Assembly (NCBI GenBank): GCA_963666285.1 | Contig: OY762711.1 | DNA from: Sedimentisphaerales bacterium | GTDB taxonomy: Bacteria; Planctomycetota; Phycisphaerae; Sedimentisphaerales; SM23-30 | Direction: 5' to 3' (one strand) | DNA length: 64,000 bases | Shown: positions 1 through 11,694 of the stretch, in pieces | Layout: each line of letters starts with the position of its first letter | How positions within the stretch are numbered: position 1 is the first letter of the stretch | The notes under the pieces: generated by a model | What the model saw: only the letters and a program-made list of their open reading frames with translations | What the model was told of the DNA's origin: nothing | Database searches by the model: none | Program-made: the position numbers and the translations under genes

Positions 1-569
1 ACCTGAGCATCGTTTTCGGTAATGCAAAATTTTTCTCCACTGCCATAAAACTCTACGGCAGCAGAACGACCTGACAAATCACATATGAAAAAATGAACAT
101 TTGTCCTAAACTGAGAAGATATACGTACATCTTTAAGACTGTTTTTGACCTCATCCAAATTCGAACTGCAATCGAGCTGGTACTGGATCCAGGGCAATAC
201 ATCAATTGCAGGCCTTGAGTCTGCAACGGGTGATTTTGCTTCCGACAGCCATAAAATCTCAATTACCAGCCCTTTCTCATTCATACCTCCAAGAGGATAT
301 TCCCTGCCATATTGATTAAAAGTTATACTGCCATACTTTGAAACCCACGCTAAAGCCTTTTCATTGGTTACAGGAAGCAATGCTTTTTTGGCCATACCAG
401 ACTTATTCACGACAACATGCCCGACATTAATCATCCAGTCGAAATTTTTGCATACATAAATATTGTCGTTAGCCTTATAACTAAATGCCGAACACGCAAA
501 TAATTCATTACAACCAAAAGTCAAAACAGCTACAAAAAAGACTGCAATCAATTTAACTCTAAAATTCAC
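1..569 (-). CDS. Secreted linear amide C-N hydrolase (choloylglycine hydrolase/Ntn family), runs off the window edge
   Basis: Translated by hand (absent from the ORF track): GTG at 569 after AAGGA; signal peptide then CSAF (Ntn catalytic Cys), KNFDW, WVSKYGS, GGMNEKGL, WIQYQLD, HFFICD. Confidence 0.85.
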   Translation of the reverse strand, partial: MNFRVKLIAVFFVAVLTFGCNELFACSAFSYKANDNIYVCKNFDWMINVGHVVVNKSGMAKKALLPVTNEKALAWVSKYGSITFNQYGREYPLGGMNEKGLVIEILWLSEAKSPVADSRPAIDVLPWIQYQLDCSSNLDEVKNSLKDVRISSQFRTNVHFFICDLSGRSAAVEFYGSGEKFCITENDAQ

Positions 570-687
570 TTCGTATCCTTTCTAAAAGCACATAAATCTT
601 CCTGAGAAAATTATTAGAACTGTCATTATTGTAAGCCGTTAAACAATTATATCCAAAATAAAAACATTTATGCCTGTAAAGTTTAGC

Positions 688-715
688 TTGAAAATTCTAA
701 CTATCCTACTATAAT
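688..715 (+). promoter_or_regulatory. Sigma70-type promoter of ligA
   Basis: TTGAAA-16 nt-TATAAT about 30 nt upstream of the ATG. Confidence 0.55.
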
Positions 716-746
716 CACAGGAGTTATAATCTGGAAAATTGAAAAT

Positions 747-2759
747 ATGAATATCGAAAAGCAAATAGAACAATTACGCAGAGAAATTCGCAAACATGAC
801 CGGCTCTATTATGTAGATGCCGCTCCGGTTATTTCTGACCAGCAATACGACAAACTGTTCGCCGAGCTTAAACAGCTGGAAAGAGATAATCCTGATCTTG
901 TCACCCCTGACAGCCCTACCCAACGAGTCGGAGGTGAACCGCTTAAAGGCTTCGATACTATCACACATGCAGTTCCCATGCTGAGTATGGATAATACCTA
1001 CTCTCCTGACGAACTGCGGGATTTTGACAACAGGGTCAGAAAAGGTCTCAATGGAGAGATGCCGGAATATGTCGTCGAAACCAAAATCGACGGAGTCGCC
1101 GTATCTTTGCGATATGAAAACTCACAACTCATACAAGGAGCGACCCGCGGTGATGGCCGGCATGGCGACAATATTACCGTTAATATTAAAACGGTCGGAG
1201 GTGTACCGCTTAAACTCGAAACCGATAATGAATCTATCTCTGTGCCGGACATACTTGAAACTCGCGGCGAAGTCTTCATGTCTTTCAGCCAGTTCGAAAA
1301 CCTCAACGCTCAAAGAGAAGCCAACGGCGATAATCTTTTTGCTAATCCCAGAAACTCTACTGCAGGCACACTAAAATTGCTCGACAGCAAAGAAGTTGCC
1401 AAAAGAAAACTCAGTATTCTATTGTACGCTTTAGGACAGGTTGTCCCGGAAAACTTTTCCAGCTCTCATGGTGAATCTCTGGAAAAACTAAAAGTACTCG
1501 GTCTGCCTGTTTCGCTAAACTGGCAAATTGCCAAAGATATTGAACAGGTAATAGAAATCTGTAATCAGTGGGAATCAAAGAAAAATGAACTTGATTACCC
1601 TATAGACGGCATGGTTATCAAAGTTAACAGCTATAACCATCAAAAGAAACTGGGCACTACCAGCCGCATCCCTAAATGGTGTATCGCTTATAAATTCGCT
1701 GCCGAACAGGCCGAAACTACTATTGAAAGTATCGATGTTCAGGTCGGAAAATCCGGTGCTCTCACCCCTGTTGCCAATCTCAAACCTGTTCAGCTGGCCG
1801 GTACAGTTGTCAAAAGAGCTAGTCTTCATAACTTCGAAGAACTTGCCAGAAAAGATGCACGTATCGGCGACACGGTTATTATCGAAAAAGCCGGAGAGAT
1901 CATACCGCAGGTTGTAAAGGTTATTACCGATAAAAGACCCGACAAAACTAAACCTTTCGAGCTCCCGGAAATATGCCCAGAATGCGGCGGTAAAGTATTA
2001 AAAGATGAAAATACCGTATATCTCAGATGCCAGAATCCTGAATGCCCGGCACAGCTCATCGAAAAGATACGACATTTTGCCGGTCGCGACCAGATGGATA
2101 TCGACGGACTGGGCATATCAATTATCGAACAGCTTGTCAAAAAAGATATGGTTCGATCTTTCGCCGAGTTATACCAGTTGAACCTGCTGGAAATAGCAAA
2201 CCTCGACAGAATGGGGACAAAATCTGCCGAAAACCTGCTCGACGGACTGGAAGTCAGTAAAACCCGGACTCTTGACAGGTTCATTGCCGCCCTCGGCATA
2301 ATGCATGTCGGCAAAAAAGCCGCTTATGTACTGGCCGACCATTTCAATAGTCTGGAAAAACTGCGCAGTACAGACATAGAGGAGCTGGAATCTATCGATG
2401 AAATTGGACCCGTTATGGCACAAAGCATATACAACTATTTCAATTCACCGGAAACTAGCAAAATTATTGACGACCTGCTTGCTGAAGGCATAAACCCCAA
2501 ATGGACTGCCCAAACAACCAAAAACAAGGGACCTCTTACAGGCAAAACAGTTGTCGTTACCGGCTCTATAGAAGGATATGGCCGTAAAGATATGGAAGAT
2601 ATTATTAAATCTCTTGGCGGTAAACCATCCGGATCTGTTAGTAAAAAGACTTCTATGCTGGTCTATGGCGAAAAAGCCGGCAGTAAACTCAAAAAAGCTC
2701 AAGAGCTTGATGTCGAAACTATTACATCAGATGATTTCTTCAAAAAATACGCAAAATGA
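747..2759 (+). CDS. ligA: NAD-dependent DNA ligase
   Basis: KIDG adenylation motif, ANPRN, Zn finger (CPECG...C...C), HhH repeats, C-terminal BRCT (GSVSKKT). Confidence 0.98.
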   Translation: MNIEKQIEQLRREIRKHDRLYYVDAAPVISDQQYDKLFAELKQLERDNPDLVTPDSPTQRVGGEPLKGFDTITHAVPMLSMDNTYSPDELRDFDNRVRKGLNGEMPEYVVETKIDGVAVSLRYENSQLIQGATRGDGRHGDNITVNIKTVGGVPLKLETDNESISVPDILETRGEVFMSFSQFENLNAQREANGDNLFANPRNSTAGTLKLLDSKEVAKRKLSILLYALGQVVPENFSSSHGESLEKLKVLGLPVSLNWQIAKDIEQVIEICNQWESKKNELDYPIDGMVIKVNSYNHQKKLGTTSRIPKWCIAYKFAAEQAETTIESIDVQVGKSGALTPVANLKPVQLAGTVVKRASLHNFEELARKDARIGDTVIIEKAGEIIPQVVKVITDKRPDKTKPFELPEICPECGGKVLKDENTVYLRCQNPECPAQLIEKIRHFAGRDQMDIDGLGISIIEQLVKKDMVRSFAELYQLNLLEIANLDRMGTKSAENLLDGLEVSKTRTLDRFIAALGIMHVGKKAAYVLADHFNSLEKLRSTDIEELESIDEIGPVMAQSIYNYFNSPETSKIIDDLLAEGINPKWTAQTTKNKGPLTGKTVVVTGSIEGYGRKDMEDIIKSLGGKPSGSVSKKTSMLVYGEKAGSKLKKAQELDVETITSDDFFKKYAK

Positions 2760-2824
2760 TAATTTAATGACTGTTTTCTAGACTTTTGTTCTATAATACG
2801 GCATATTCGGTAGTTATTATGTAA

Positions 2825-3007
2825 ACTTTCGCGGTTTCATGTTGCAAAAAACGCCAAAAATGGGCCTTCCTGCAACACTTATGTTTTAAACAAAGCGTGA
2901 GACGATAGTAGAACACCTTAATTTTTCACTATTCGTTTTTCACTTAATTGGCCCTGTTCCGGCCTTCGTGTATTAATATTGAACGGTCATAAGTGCGAGA
3001 CCGCACA
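2825..3007 (+). repeat. Dispersed intergenic repeat family R1, copy 1
   Basis: Shares CTTTCGC, CCTTCCTGCAACA, GTGAGACG, TTCACTTAATT, CTGTTCCGGCCTT and AAGTGC blocks with the copies at about 5.6, 12.5, 17.1 and 58.8 kb. Confidence 0.75.
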
Positions 3008-3078
3008 TTATGGTTTTGCATAAAAACATTCCTGATATCCAACATTTTAACCACCCTGCATTAAAACTGGAGGAAACA

Positions 3079-5349
3079 ATGAAAAGATTCCTTTGCGTCA
3101 TTATTACTGTACTAATCTCTGCTAATTCTCTATTTGCTGCCGGTAGACAATTCACCGCTGATGATTACCGCAAAGGATATAACTTCCGCAACGAAGTTCA
3201 AAACCTGGTATATAACGACAGAATCCAGTTTAACTGGCTGAAAGATTCGCCGGCTTTCTGGTATACATCAGAAACAAAAGATGAAAAAGAGTTTATCCTA
3301 TTTAACCTTGATACCAACACTAAGACAAAATTGTTTGACACAAACAAATTGGCTCAAGCTCTGGAATCCTGCATAGACAAAAAATTTGACGCGAAAAAAC
3401 TGCCTATCTTTGTATTCAGTTTCCTTGAAGATAAAAACACTATATTATTCAAATATGAAAATAATAACTGGATATACAAGCTGGACAACGACGAGCTTAA
3501 AAAAGAAGAAAATGCTCCTGAAATGCCAAATCGAAGAGGATGGCGCAGCAGGTATTATGGCAACAGGCTCGATAGCCGAAACGAATCTCCCGATGGTAAA
3601 TGGAAAGTTTATGCTGATGAGCATAACGTGTGGCTGGAAAATATTGAAACATCTGAACAAAACCAGCTTACAACCGATGGTACCGAAGAGAGTTTCTATG
3701 ATAACCAGTTCTTTTGGGCTCCCGATTCTGCTAACGCAATTGGTTTTATTAAAACGCCGGCTGAAATGAGAAAAGTTCATTATATCGAATCTTCTCCTGA
3801 AGACCAGCTCCAACCCAAACACTTTACTATCGATTATAATAAACCGGGTGATAAGCTGACTATCGAAAAGCCGGTACTTATTAATGTAACCGATAAAAGC
3901 TGCAAACATATCGATGACTCGCTTTTCCCAAACCCATATTTCATCTCCGACTATCACTGGAGTAAAGACGGCAATTACTTCTATTTCTTCTACAACCAGC
4001 GAGGCCACCAGGTTGGACGTGTAATCGCAATCGATACCAATACCGGCCAGGCTAAAGCTGTTATTAACGAAGAAACTGACTCTTTCTTTGATTATAACCA
4101 TAAAAAATACCTGAAATACCTTGATGATACTAATGAAATCATATGGGCTTCTGAACGAGATGGATGGAACCACCTGTATTTATACGATGCGGTTTCCGGC
4201 AAAGTTAAAAATCAGATCACAAAAGGAGACTGGCTCTGGCGTTCGGTTGAAAAACTCGATATCGAAAACCGTAATATGATGATCACCATCAGCGGCTATT
4301 ATCACGACCAGGACCCGTACTTTATCCATTACGCCAAAATCAATTTTGACGGATCAGGATTAACCCTGCTTACAACAGGAAATGGTACACACAGGCTGAC
4401 TTTTTCACCTGACGACAAGTTTTATATTGATACTTATTCAAGAATTGACTCACCTCCTGTCTACGAGCTAAGAAATAGTAATGACGGCTCATTGATATGT
4501 GAAATCGAACGGGCAGATGCCGGCGAATTAATAGCCGCCGGTTGGCCGGTAACCGAACCGTTCGTAACAAAGGATCGAAATGATAAATACGATATCTGGG
4601 GGATAATACATCGCCCGCGTAACTTCGATCCAAACAAAAAATATCCGGTCATTGAAGACATCTATGCCGGGCCGCACGGCAATCACGTCCCCAAAAGCTG
4701 GAGAGGATATGATTACTGGCATCAGGCTCTTTGCGAACTTGGTTTCATCGTGGTACAAATCGACGGGCTCGGAACCTCAAACCGCTGTAAAGAGTTCCAT
4801 CATTTCGCCTGGAAAAACCTTGCTGATGCCGGGTTCCCAGACCGCATTAAATGGATGAAAGCTGCCGCGGAAAAATACCCGTACATGGATATCGAACGGG
4901 TTGGAATATATGGAACCTCTGCCGGTGGACAAAGTGCCTTGGGAGCCCTGCTGTTTCACCCGGAATTCTATGATGTTGCTGTCGCATCATGCGGCTGCCA
5001 CGATAACCGCATGGATAAAATATGGTGGAATGAACTTTGGATGGGATACCCTATCGACGACCACTACAAGGAACAATCCAATGTCACCAACGCTCATAAG
5101 CTCGAAGGCAGACTTCTTCTTATTGTCGGCGAACTTGACAGAAATGTTGACCCTGCATCAACTATGCAGGTTGTCAATGCCCTTATAAAAGCCAACAAGG
5201 ATTTCGATATGCTCTATTTGCCGGGCATGGACCATTCGGCAGGCGGTAAATTCGGCGAGAGAAAACGACGCGACTTTTTCATTAAGTATCTGCTTGATGA
5301 TATCCCGGTTGACTGGAATACCGTTCCAGACGACATAAAATTACCATAA
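3079..5349 (+). CDS. Secreted S9 family (DPP IV-like) peptidase
   Basis: Signal peptide after GGAGG; DPPIV_N propeller; GTSAGG nucleophile, GELDRNV Asp, PGMDH His. Confidence 0.93.
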   Translation: MKRFLCVIITVLISANSLFAAGRQFTADDYRKGYNFRNEVQNLVYNDRIQFNWLKDSPAFWYTSETKDEKEFILFNLDTNTKTKLFDTNKLAQALESCIDKKFDAKKLPIFVFSFLEDKNTILFKYENNNWIYKLDNDELKKEENAPEMPNRRGWRSRYYGNRLDSRNESPDGKWKVYADEHNVWLENIETSEQNQLTTDGTEESFYDNQFFWAPDSANAIGFIKTPAEMRKVHYIESSPEDQLQPKHFTIDYNKPGDKLTIEKPVLINVTDKSCKHIDDSLFPNPYFISDYHWSKDGNYFYFFYNQRGHQVGRVIAIDTNTGQAKAVINEETDSFFDYNHKKYLKYLDDTNEIIWASERDGWNHLYLYDAVSGKVKNQITKGDWLWRSVEKLDIENRNMMITISGYYHDQDPYFIHYAKINFDGSGLTLLTTGNGTHRLTFSPDDKFYIDTYSRIDSPPVYELRNSNDGSLICEIERADAGELIAAGWPVTEPFVTKDRNDKYDIWGIIHRPRNFDPNKKYPVIEDIYAGPHGNHVPKSWRGYDYWHQALCELGFIVVQIDGLGTSNRCKEFHHFAWKNLADAGFPDRIKWMKAAAEKYPYMDIERVGIYGTSAGGQSALGALLFHPEFYDVAVASCGCHDNRMDKIWWNELWMGYPIDDHYKEQSNVTNAHKLEGRLLLIVGELDRNVDPASTMQVVNALIKANKDFDMLYLPGMDHSAGGKFGERKRRDFFIKYLLDDIPVDWNTVPDDIKLP

Positions 5350-5463
5350 TTCTACACAATAAAAGGCTTTGGATTATCTCTCCGAAGCCTTTTTACTTTT
5401 CTTTCCCTTCTTATTACGTCCTGAATATAGTTTATTTTCGCAGTTTTTAAAGCTTTGTTTATG

Positions 5464-5586
5464 TTTTCTGTTCCAATTTATGGCGATGTAAGGACGAGGC
5501 TGACGAAGAAGAAAACACAGTAATATTGATATATTGCCAGTATCTCCGATATAGTCAGCCGAAGCCGCAACAGACATAAAGTGAAC
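5464..5586. repeat. Dispersed repeat family R2, copy 1 (about 123 bp)
   Basis: Closely similar to 13972-14094. Confidence 0.85.
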
Positions 5587-5605
5587 TAGAACAATTAAAT
5601 TGCTC

Positions 5606-5803
5606 TAAATTGCAATAACGAAGTGCCTTTGGTAATTCGCCTGAAAGGTCCTTCCTGCAACATTTAAATTTAAACGAAAAGTGAGACGCGATGTTAAGCA
5701 ATGTAAAATCCGGATTCATCGCAAACACATTATTTTTTCACTTAATTCGTCCTGTTCCGGCCTTTGCGTGTAATGTTAAACAGCCAAAAGTGCAAGACCA
5801 CGC
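5606..5803 (+). repeat. Dispersed repeat family R1, copy 2
   Basis: Same conserved blocks as 2825-3007. Confidence 0.75.
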
Positions 5804-6246
5804 TGATATATATTGACATTTAACAGCCTTTTAACACTAGCTCTTTCTCTGATTTTATTATTGTATTTACGCTCTATACGATACGATCACCAACCCACGC
5901 AAACCCTTACAACAAAGCAAGTTAGGCCAAAATGGCCACACCATCCCAATAAAGACTTATACTATTTTTTTTGGACATTGGTTTGCAAATTTCCGAAACC
6001 ATAGGATAACACCACTCTCATTCAATTCATGTCGTTTTGTTATATCAATAATATATATGTATAATTAAATTTTTTTAATTGATTTTCAGGTTTTATTCAT
6101 TTACCATTGAACGTGGCAGTTATCTTTTTGAGTGATTATTGGTGTTAATAATTACTGTTTTTTGGTTTTCCTTTTGGCATAAACTGGTTATGTATATGTA
6201 TCAAAAGGAATATGAGTGTGCGTATATGCGCAATTAGGAGTGTATA

Positions 6247-7083
6247 ATGAAAAATTGGATTGTATGTTTATTACTGGTTATATTTATTACTATTACCGGC
6301 TGCCAGAATCAATCGCAAAGCAATAATAAATCTGGAAACATCGTTCCTGATACCGACCTGCAAAAGGCAATATCTAAATGCCTTGATTCTACTGGATGCA
6401 ACGCAAAGGAATGGAGCTTTGATGCCGATGCTGTTGCCACAATTTATGAGGATGAGTGCAAAACACTTATTGCTCAGCATCATTTGTTTAATTGCTGCTC
6501 AGGCAAAACTGAGGTCACTATTGACTCGATTAAGGCTTCAGAAAAAGTCAGTGAATCTATCAGTGCAAATGACAAACTTCAGCTTAATGGGATGCTCTGC
6601 CATAATAACTCTATGGCATGCACTGCGGCAAGGTTAAAAATATATATGGTCGCACTTACATCATTGAACACCATTTTGGATAATAAAGAGCTGAATTTGG
6701 AATATGTTACAATGGAAGATAAAGGCGGATCATGCTGTCATATTATTGAAACTAAAGGGAATATTCTCGCTTGCTGCAGAAATCACAATCATTTCAGCAA
6801 AGACTCACCTTATGATACCTTGAGAATATGGATTGACGATGAGACTGGCTATATCAAACGTATATGGATCAGCTATATTAAAGACCCTGAAACCGGGGAA
6901 TACGGCTATATCGCAGCCAACATCAGCAACTACTTACTGCAAAAAAATGGTATGAAACTTCCTACATCCATGGAATTTATACCTAGTGATTGCGAAGCCA
7001 ATGATTCAGGCATTTCAATGCTGAAAATCGACCTGCAAAGATTCAGATTCCCCGGCGATATGCTCTCTTCTTCTGCTGGATAA
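6247..7083 (+). CDS. Cys-rich hypothetical lipoprotein
   Basis: AGGAG RBS, signal peptide with lipobox ITGC; family not recognised. Confidence 0.75.
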   Translation: MKNWIVCLLLVIFITITGCQNQSQSNNKSGNIVPDTDLQKAISKCLDSTGCNAKEWSFDADAVATIYEDECKTLIAQHHLFNCCSGKTEVTIDSIKASEKVSESISANDKLQLNGMLCHNNSMACTAARLKIYMVALTSLNTILDNKELNLEYVTMEDKGGSCCHIIETKGNILACCRNHNHFSKDSPYDTLRIWIDDETGYIKRIWISYIKDPETGEYGYIAANISNYLLQKNGMKLPTSMEFIPSDCEANDSGISMLKIDLQRFRFPGDMLSSSAG

Positions 7084-7283
7084 AAATAACATGGTAAGCC
7101 CAAAAACATTATTTTTTCGGTACTTGCTTATATTTTTAAAACATTTATAATAAAAACGGTTGGAAATGCAATATTTTCAGCCGTTTTTCGTTTTTCTTTT
7201 TTAATGCTAGTTTGCGCATAGTTAACTGGACTTACCAAATTTGCCCACTAAATTTGAACCCGCATTATACCCTGAGGTACCTT

Positions 7284-9059
7284 ATGAGTCGTAAATCTAT
7301 CGTATTATTTATAATCATTTTAGCTATAGCCGCAGTCCTATACGCTTCACTCGGTTCAAAGAAAACTGACAAGACCGAACAGCCCGTTTTTACTGCCAAA
7401 AAAGGGGATCTCCAAATCAGTGTATCGGAAACCGGCACTATTAAACCGCGATCAAGGGTTGTTGTCAGAAATGAACTTGAGTCTTCTGCTACTATCACCT
7501 TCCTCGTTGATGAAGGAGCTGTTGTCAAAAAAGGTGACCTGCTGGTTACTTTCGATCCCACCGAACTGGACGACGAACTGATCAACCAGGAAATCAACTT
7601 GCAAAATGCTGAAGCGTCATATATCAGCGCCGAGGAAAAACTCGCTGTTGCCAAAAACCAGGCCGATAGCGATAAAGAACAAGCGCAGCTGACTCTTGAA
7701 TTTGCTAATATGGACCTGGAAAAATACATTGCAAAAGAATACCCAAACCAGCTGTCAGAAGCAAATCAAAGTATCTTTCTTGCTGAAGAAGAGTTAAAAC
7801 GTGCCAACAAAACCCTGGAATCTTCTAAGGAATTACTAAAAGAAGAATATATTTCCCAGACTGAATTTGATGCTGATCAGCTCGCCCAGAAACAAAAAGA
7901 AAGCAGAGTACAAATTGCCAAAAATGACCTTGAGCTGCTTGAAAAATACACAAATATTAGAAAAAAAGCTGAACTTGAAAGCGATGTCCGACAGGCTAAA
8001 ATGGCACTTGATCGTACTAATAGAAAGGCGAGAGCTGACATCACCCAGGCTCAAGCTGACTTAAAGGCAAAAGAAGCCCAATACAAACGACAGCAAGATC
8101 GTTACGACAGACTTAAGGAACAGCTGAGTAAAACCAAGCTCTACGCTCCTGAAGACGGCATGGTAATCTACCAGACCAGCATGGATGACCGCCGCTGGAG
8201 AGATAATAGCGAACCGCTGGAAGTTGGTCAGGAAATTCGAGGAAGAGAAGAAATCATCTACCTGCCAACTGCTGAAACTACTAAAGCTGATATAGAAGTT
8301 CACGAAACCGCTATGAAAAAAATCAGTATAAATCAGCCGGCTATTATTAAAGTTGACGCACTTCCGGACGTTGTCTTCTCTGGATATATCGCAAAAATAT
8401 CTCCTCTTCCTAACCGAGACTGGCTAAACCCGGACTCTAACAAATATCCTTGCGAAATATATATTGATGAGAATAAATATGACCTGAAAAACGGCATGAA
8501 CTGCAGATGTGAAATCCTGATCGAAGAACTTAACGATGTTATTTATGTACCTCTTCAGGCTGTAGTACAAATCGGTAGAGAACACTTCGTCGAGGTTAAG
8601 GAAGGTAAGGATTTCGTCAGAAGAAAAGTTGAAATTGGACTGGATGACAATAAATGGATACATATCGTATCGGGACTGGAAGAAAATGAAATTGTATCTT
8701 TGACCCCGCAATTGTCAAATACTGAAGTTATCCCTGACTCCGGCGAAAAAACCAACATTGAAGGTAAAGATGCAAACAAGCAAAAAAGACCTGCCGGAGG
8801 ACCGGAAAAACAAGGCATGCGCCAGGGACAACACCAGGGGCAGGGACCTCGTATGGGGCAAAACTCAGGACAGGGACAGGGGCCAAATCCGCAATTCATG
8901 CAATTGATGAATAAATTTACTGATGAGGAAAAGAAAAAACTTCGAAACGCTTCTTCTCCTGAAGAAGGAAAAAAGATCTTCGAAGAACTTATGAAAAAAT
9001 ACGGCGCCTCAGCTCAGCCGAAACCTGGCTCTCAAAACACCCAAAAGCAGGAAAACTAA
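7284..9059 (+). CDS. Efflux periplasmic adaptor (HlyD/MacA-like MFP) with Gly/Gln-rich tail
   Basis: N-terminal TM, lipoyl half-motifs (VDEGAVVKKGDLL, LYAPEDGMV), long coiled coil; in operon with ABC genes. Confidence 0.9.
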   Translation: MSRKSIVLFIIILAIAAVLYASLGSKKTDKTEQPVFTAKKGDLQISVSETGTIKPRSRVVVRNELESSATITFLVDEGAVVKKGDLLVTFDPTELDDELINQEINLQNAEASYISAEEKLAVAKNQADSDKEQAQLTLEFANMDLEKYIAKEYPNQLSEANQSIFLAEEELKRANKTLESSKELLKEEYISQTEFDADQLAQKQKESRVQIAKNDLELLEKYTNIRKKAELESDVRQAKMALDRTNRKARADITQAQADLKAKEAQYKRQQDRYDRLKEQLSKTKLYAPEDGMVIYQTSMDDRRWRDNSEPLEVGQEIRGREEIIYLPTAETTKADIEVHETAMKKISINQPAIIKVDALPDVVFSGYIAKISPLPNRDWLNPDSNKYPCEIYIDENKYDLKNGMNCRCEILIEELNDVIYVPLQAVVQIGREHFVEVKEGKDFVRRKVEIGLDDNKWIHIVSGLEENEIVSLTPQLSNTEVIPDSGEKTNIEGKDANKQKRPAGGPEKQGMRQGQHQGQGPRMGQNSGQGQGPNPQFMQLMNKFTDEEKKKLRNASSPEEGKKIFEELMKKYGASAQPKPGSQNTQKQEN

Positions 9060-9754
9060 TGACCGAAGATAATAAAAAAGAAATTGTCAGACTGGAGAAT
9101 GTTCGCAAAGAATATGTCATGGGTACTTCGGTTGTTCATGCCCTGGACGGTGTCTCACTTAAATTCTGCGAAGGTGAATTCTGGGCTGTTATGGGCGCCA
9201 GCGGATCCGGGAAAAGTACCATCCTGAATATCCTTGGATGCCTTGATAAAGTCACCAGCGGAGATTATTTCCTCGACGATATCAATGTCGCAAACATGGA
9301 AGATAACCAGCTCAGTAATATCAGGCTTAAACGGCTTGGGTTCATTTTCCAGAGTTTTAACCTTATCCCACAGCTCACGGTTCAGAAAAACATCGAATTG
9401 CCGCTCTATTACCTTGGATGGGAAGACGACGAAAGTGCCGAGAGAGCCAGGGTGCTGGCAGAAAAAGTAGGACTCTCAGAAAGACTCGGTCACAGACCAA
9501 ACGAACTTTCAGGTGGCCAGCGGCAGCGTGTTGCCATCGCCCGGTCATTGGCTAACGACCCGCAGATTATTCTGGCTGATGAACCAACCGGTAATCTGGA
9601 TACATCAACCGGTCACCAGATCATGGACATGCTCTGCGAACTTCACGACGAAGGTAAAACTATCATAATGGTTACCCACGAGCCGGAAATAGCTGGATAC
9701 ACCTCTCATCAGCTGCACATGAGAGATGGAAAGATACATGAAATTTGCAACTAA
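9059..9754 (+). CDS. ABC transporter ATP-binding protein (MacB/LolD-like)
   Basis: [36 protein letters not shown]. Confidence 0.95.
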   Translation: MTEDNKKEIVRLENVRKEYVMGTSVVHALDGVSLKFCEGEFWAVMGASGSGKSTILNILGCLDKVTSGDYFLDDINVANMEDNQLSNIRLKRLGFIFQSFNLIPQLTVQKNIELPLYYLGWEDDESAERARVLAEKVGLSERLGHRPNELSGGQRQRVAIARSLANDPQIILADEPTGNLDTSTGHQIMDMLCELHDEGKTIIMVTHEPEIAGYTSHQLHMRDGKIHEICN

Positions 9755-9846
9755 TCCTAAACCCGCTCCTAAATAGGACGGCCCTGAATATTTAACTTAA
9801 TGCTGGCTCAATGGTATAATACCGGCCCAAAGTGCAAAATAATAAT

Positions 9847-11115
9847 ATGGCTAATAAATTTTCAAGAAATATTACACTCGGAATAGAAAACCTGCTCTTA
9901 CATAAGCTGCGTTCACTGCTAACAATGCTTGGTATTGTGTTTGGTGTTGGTAGTGTCGTTGCCATGCTTAGCGTCGGGGAAGGTGCTGGTAAAGCAGCTC
10001 TGGAACAGATTCGCAAGCTCGGCAGCAACAATATTATAATCGACTCACAAAAAGCCCTGGAGACTCTTCAGGACTCACAGGGCAACTCTGCCAGAATGGC
10101 TGTTTATGGATTGCTCTGGGACGATTATGAAAGAATGAAAGATACTTTCGGTAATATCAAGAGAGTGGTTCCTGCTAAACTGATCCGCAAAAGTGCCAGG
10201 TTTTATGACAGATCTATCGAACTGCGTATTGTTGGTACCTCGCCTGAATGGTTTGACCTGGTTCCAAGGGAGCTGCTTGCTGGGCGTACTATCGAACAGT
10301 ATGACATCGACAATAAGGCACCGGTTGCTGTTCTCACCGAACATGGTGCCAGGAAAATCCTGGCCGCTAACAATACCGTCGGTCAGGGTATATCTCTTGG
10401 CGGATCTGCCTTTGATATTATCGGTATTATACACAGTGAAAGCGGACAGGCCGGCAATATCCAGATACCTGACACAGAAGTCGATGTTTATGTCCCAATA
10501 AATGTTGCACGTGAACGATTTGGCGACACAGCTATACGTAGAACCGCCGGTAGCAGAATTATGGAAAAAGTCGAGATCCATCAGATTATTGTAGAGGTTG
10601 ATGACTTGACCAATGTCGAATCAGTTGCTAGCGGAATCCAATATATGCTCGATAAATTCCATGACAAAAAAGATTATTCCATGCAGGTACCTCTCGCACT
10701 GAAAAAACAGGCTGAAGCCAGCAAACGCACTTCTAATATCGTGCTCGGTTCTATCGCATGTATCAGCCTGCTGGTCGGCGGTATCGGAATTATGAATATC
10801 ATGCTCGCTAATGTTACCGAACGTACCAGGGAAATCGGTATACGCAGGGCCATCGGTGCCAAGCGTAACCAGATCGTTATCCAGTTCCTCATCGAAACCG
10901 TTGTACTCAGTACCATAGGCGGACTTATTGGTGTGCTGGTTGGTGTTTCAATTCCTATTATTATTGAACTGATGTCAGGCATGCCAACCGTCGTCACTAT
11001 GTGGGGCGTGATGCTGCCGCTGCTTATCAGTGTAGGAATCGGTATTATATTCGGCATCTACCCTGCCGTCCAGGCCGCCAAGGTTGACCCGATCATAGCA
11101 CTAAGACACGAATAA
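9847..11115 (+). CDS. ABC transporter permease (MacB/FtsX-like)
   Basis: RSLLTMLGIVFGV, GGIGIMNIML..VTERTREIGIRRAIGA, DPIIALRHE. Confidence 0.95.
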   Translation: MANKFSRNITLGIENLLLHKLRSLLTMLGIVFGVGSVVAMLSVGEGAGKAALEQIRKLGSNNIIIDSQKALETLQDSQGNSARMAVYGLLWDDYERMKDTFGNIKRVVPAKLIRKSARFYDRSIELRIVGTSPEWFDLVPRELLAGRTIEQYDIDNKAPVAVLTEHGARKILAANNTVGQGISLGGSAFDIIGIIHSESGQAGNIQIPDTEVDVYVPINVARERFGDTAIRRTAGSRIMEKVEIHQIIVEVDDLTNVESVASGIQYMLDKFHDKKDYSMQVPLALKKQAEASKRTSNIVLGSIACISLLVGGIGIMNIMLANVTERTREIGIRRAIGAKRNQIVIQFLIETVVLSTIGGLIGVLVGVSIPIIIELMSGMPTVVTMWGVMLPLLISVGIGIIFGIYPAVQAAKVDPIIALRHE

Positions 11116-11148
11116 ACTCAAACATCAATAAAATAAAAACCGACAGGA

Positions 11149-11670
11149 TTATTTCAAACCGATTTTTAGCCCAAATTCTGACTTTATCCTTAGCATTGCC
11201 TCGGCATTACCCGTGGCATCATCTACCGGGTTATGCGTATGCTTTGTCACTCGCAGATGCTTGAAATTCTTACTGAAATCCTTAACAATACCCTTATAAA
11301 GCGATCCCAGGTTTACCGAGCTGAAACCAAATGGATTTTCACCGCAGAAATGATGAAAATACCAGTTTATAAACTGCCAGTCAAAACCATTATTATCTGA
11401 CACAAATATCGGACGACCACTGCTGACACTTTTCACCCAATCACTAAAATCTGACATTACCTGCTTAGGGTCATCAAACTCAAGCGTCTCCTCACGAGAA
11501 AAACCACTCACTTGCAAGGCTTCTGGTATCCATTCTTCCGATATAGGCTTCAAATTGCCATAATATGTTTCTTCAAGCCCCGGCTTCACCAGTACCGCAC
11601 CAAAACATACCATCGAATAATCACCCGGTATTGGACCATCTGCCTCAATATCAACCATTATAAAACTCAT
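11149..11670 (-). CDS. DEDDh 3'-5' exonuclease (RNase AS-like)
   Basis: DIEADG, NGFDWQF, HNPVDDA motifs. Confidence 0.85.
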   Translation of the reverse strand: MSFIMVDIEADGPIPGDYSMVCFGAVLVKPGLEETYYGNLKPISEEWIPEALQVSGFSREETLEFDDPKQVMSDFSDWVKSVSSGRPIFVSDNNGFDWQFINWYFHHFCGENPFGFSSVNLGSLYKGIVKDFSKNFKHLRVTKHTHNPVDDATGNAEAMLRIKSEFGLKIGLK

Positions 11671-11694
11671 TTTACCTCTTTTCTAACTGCATGA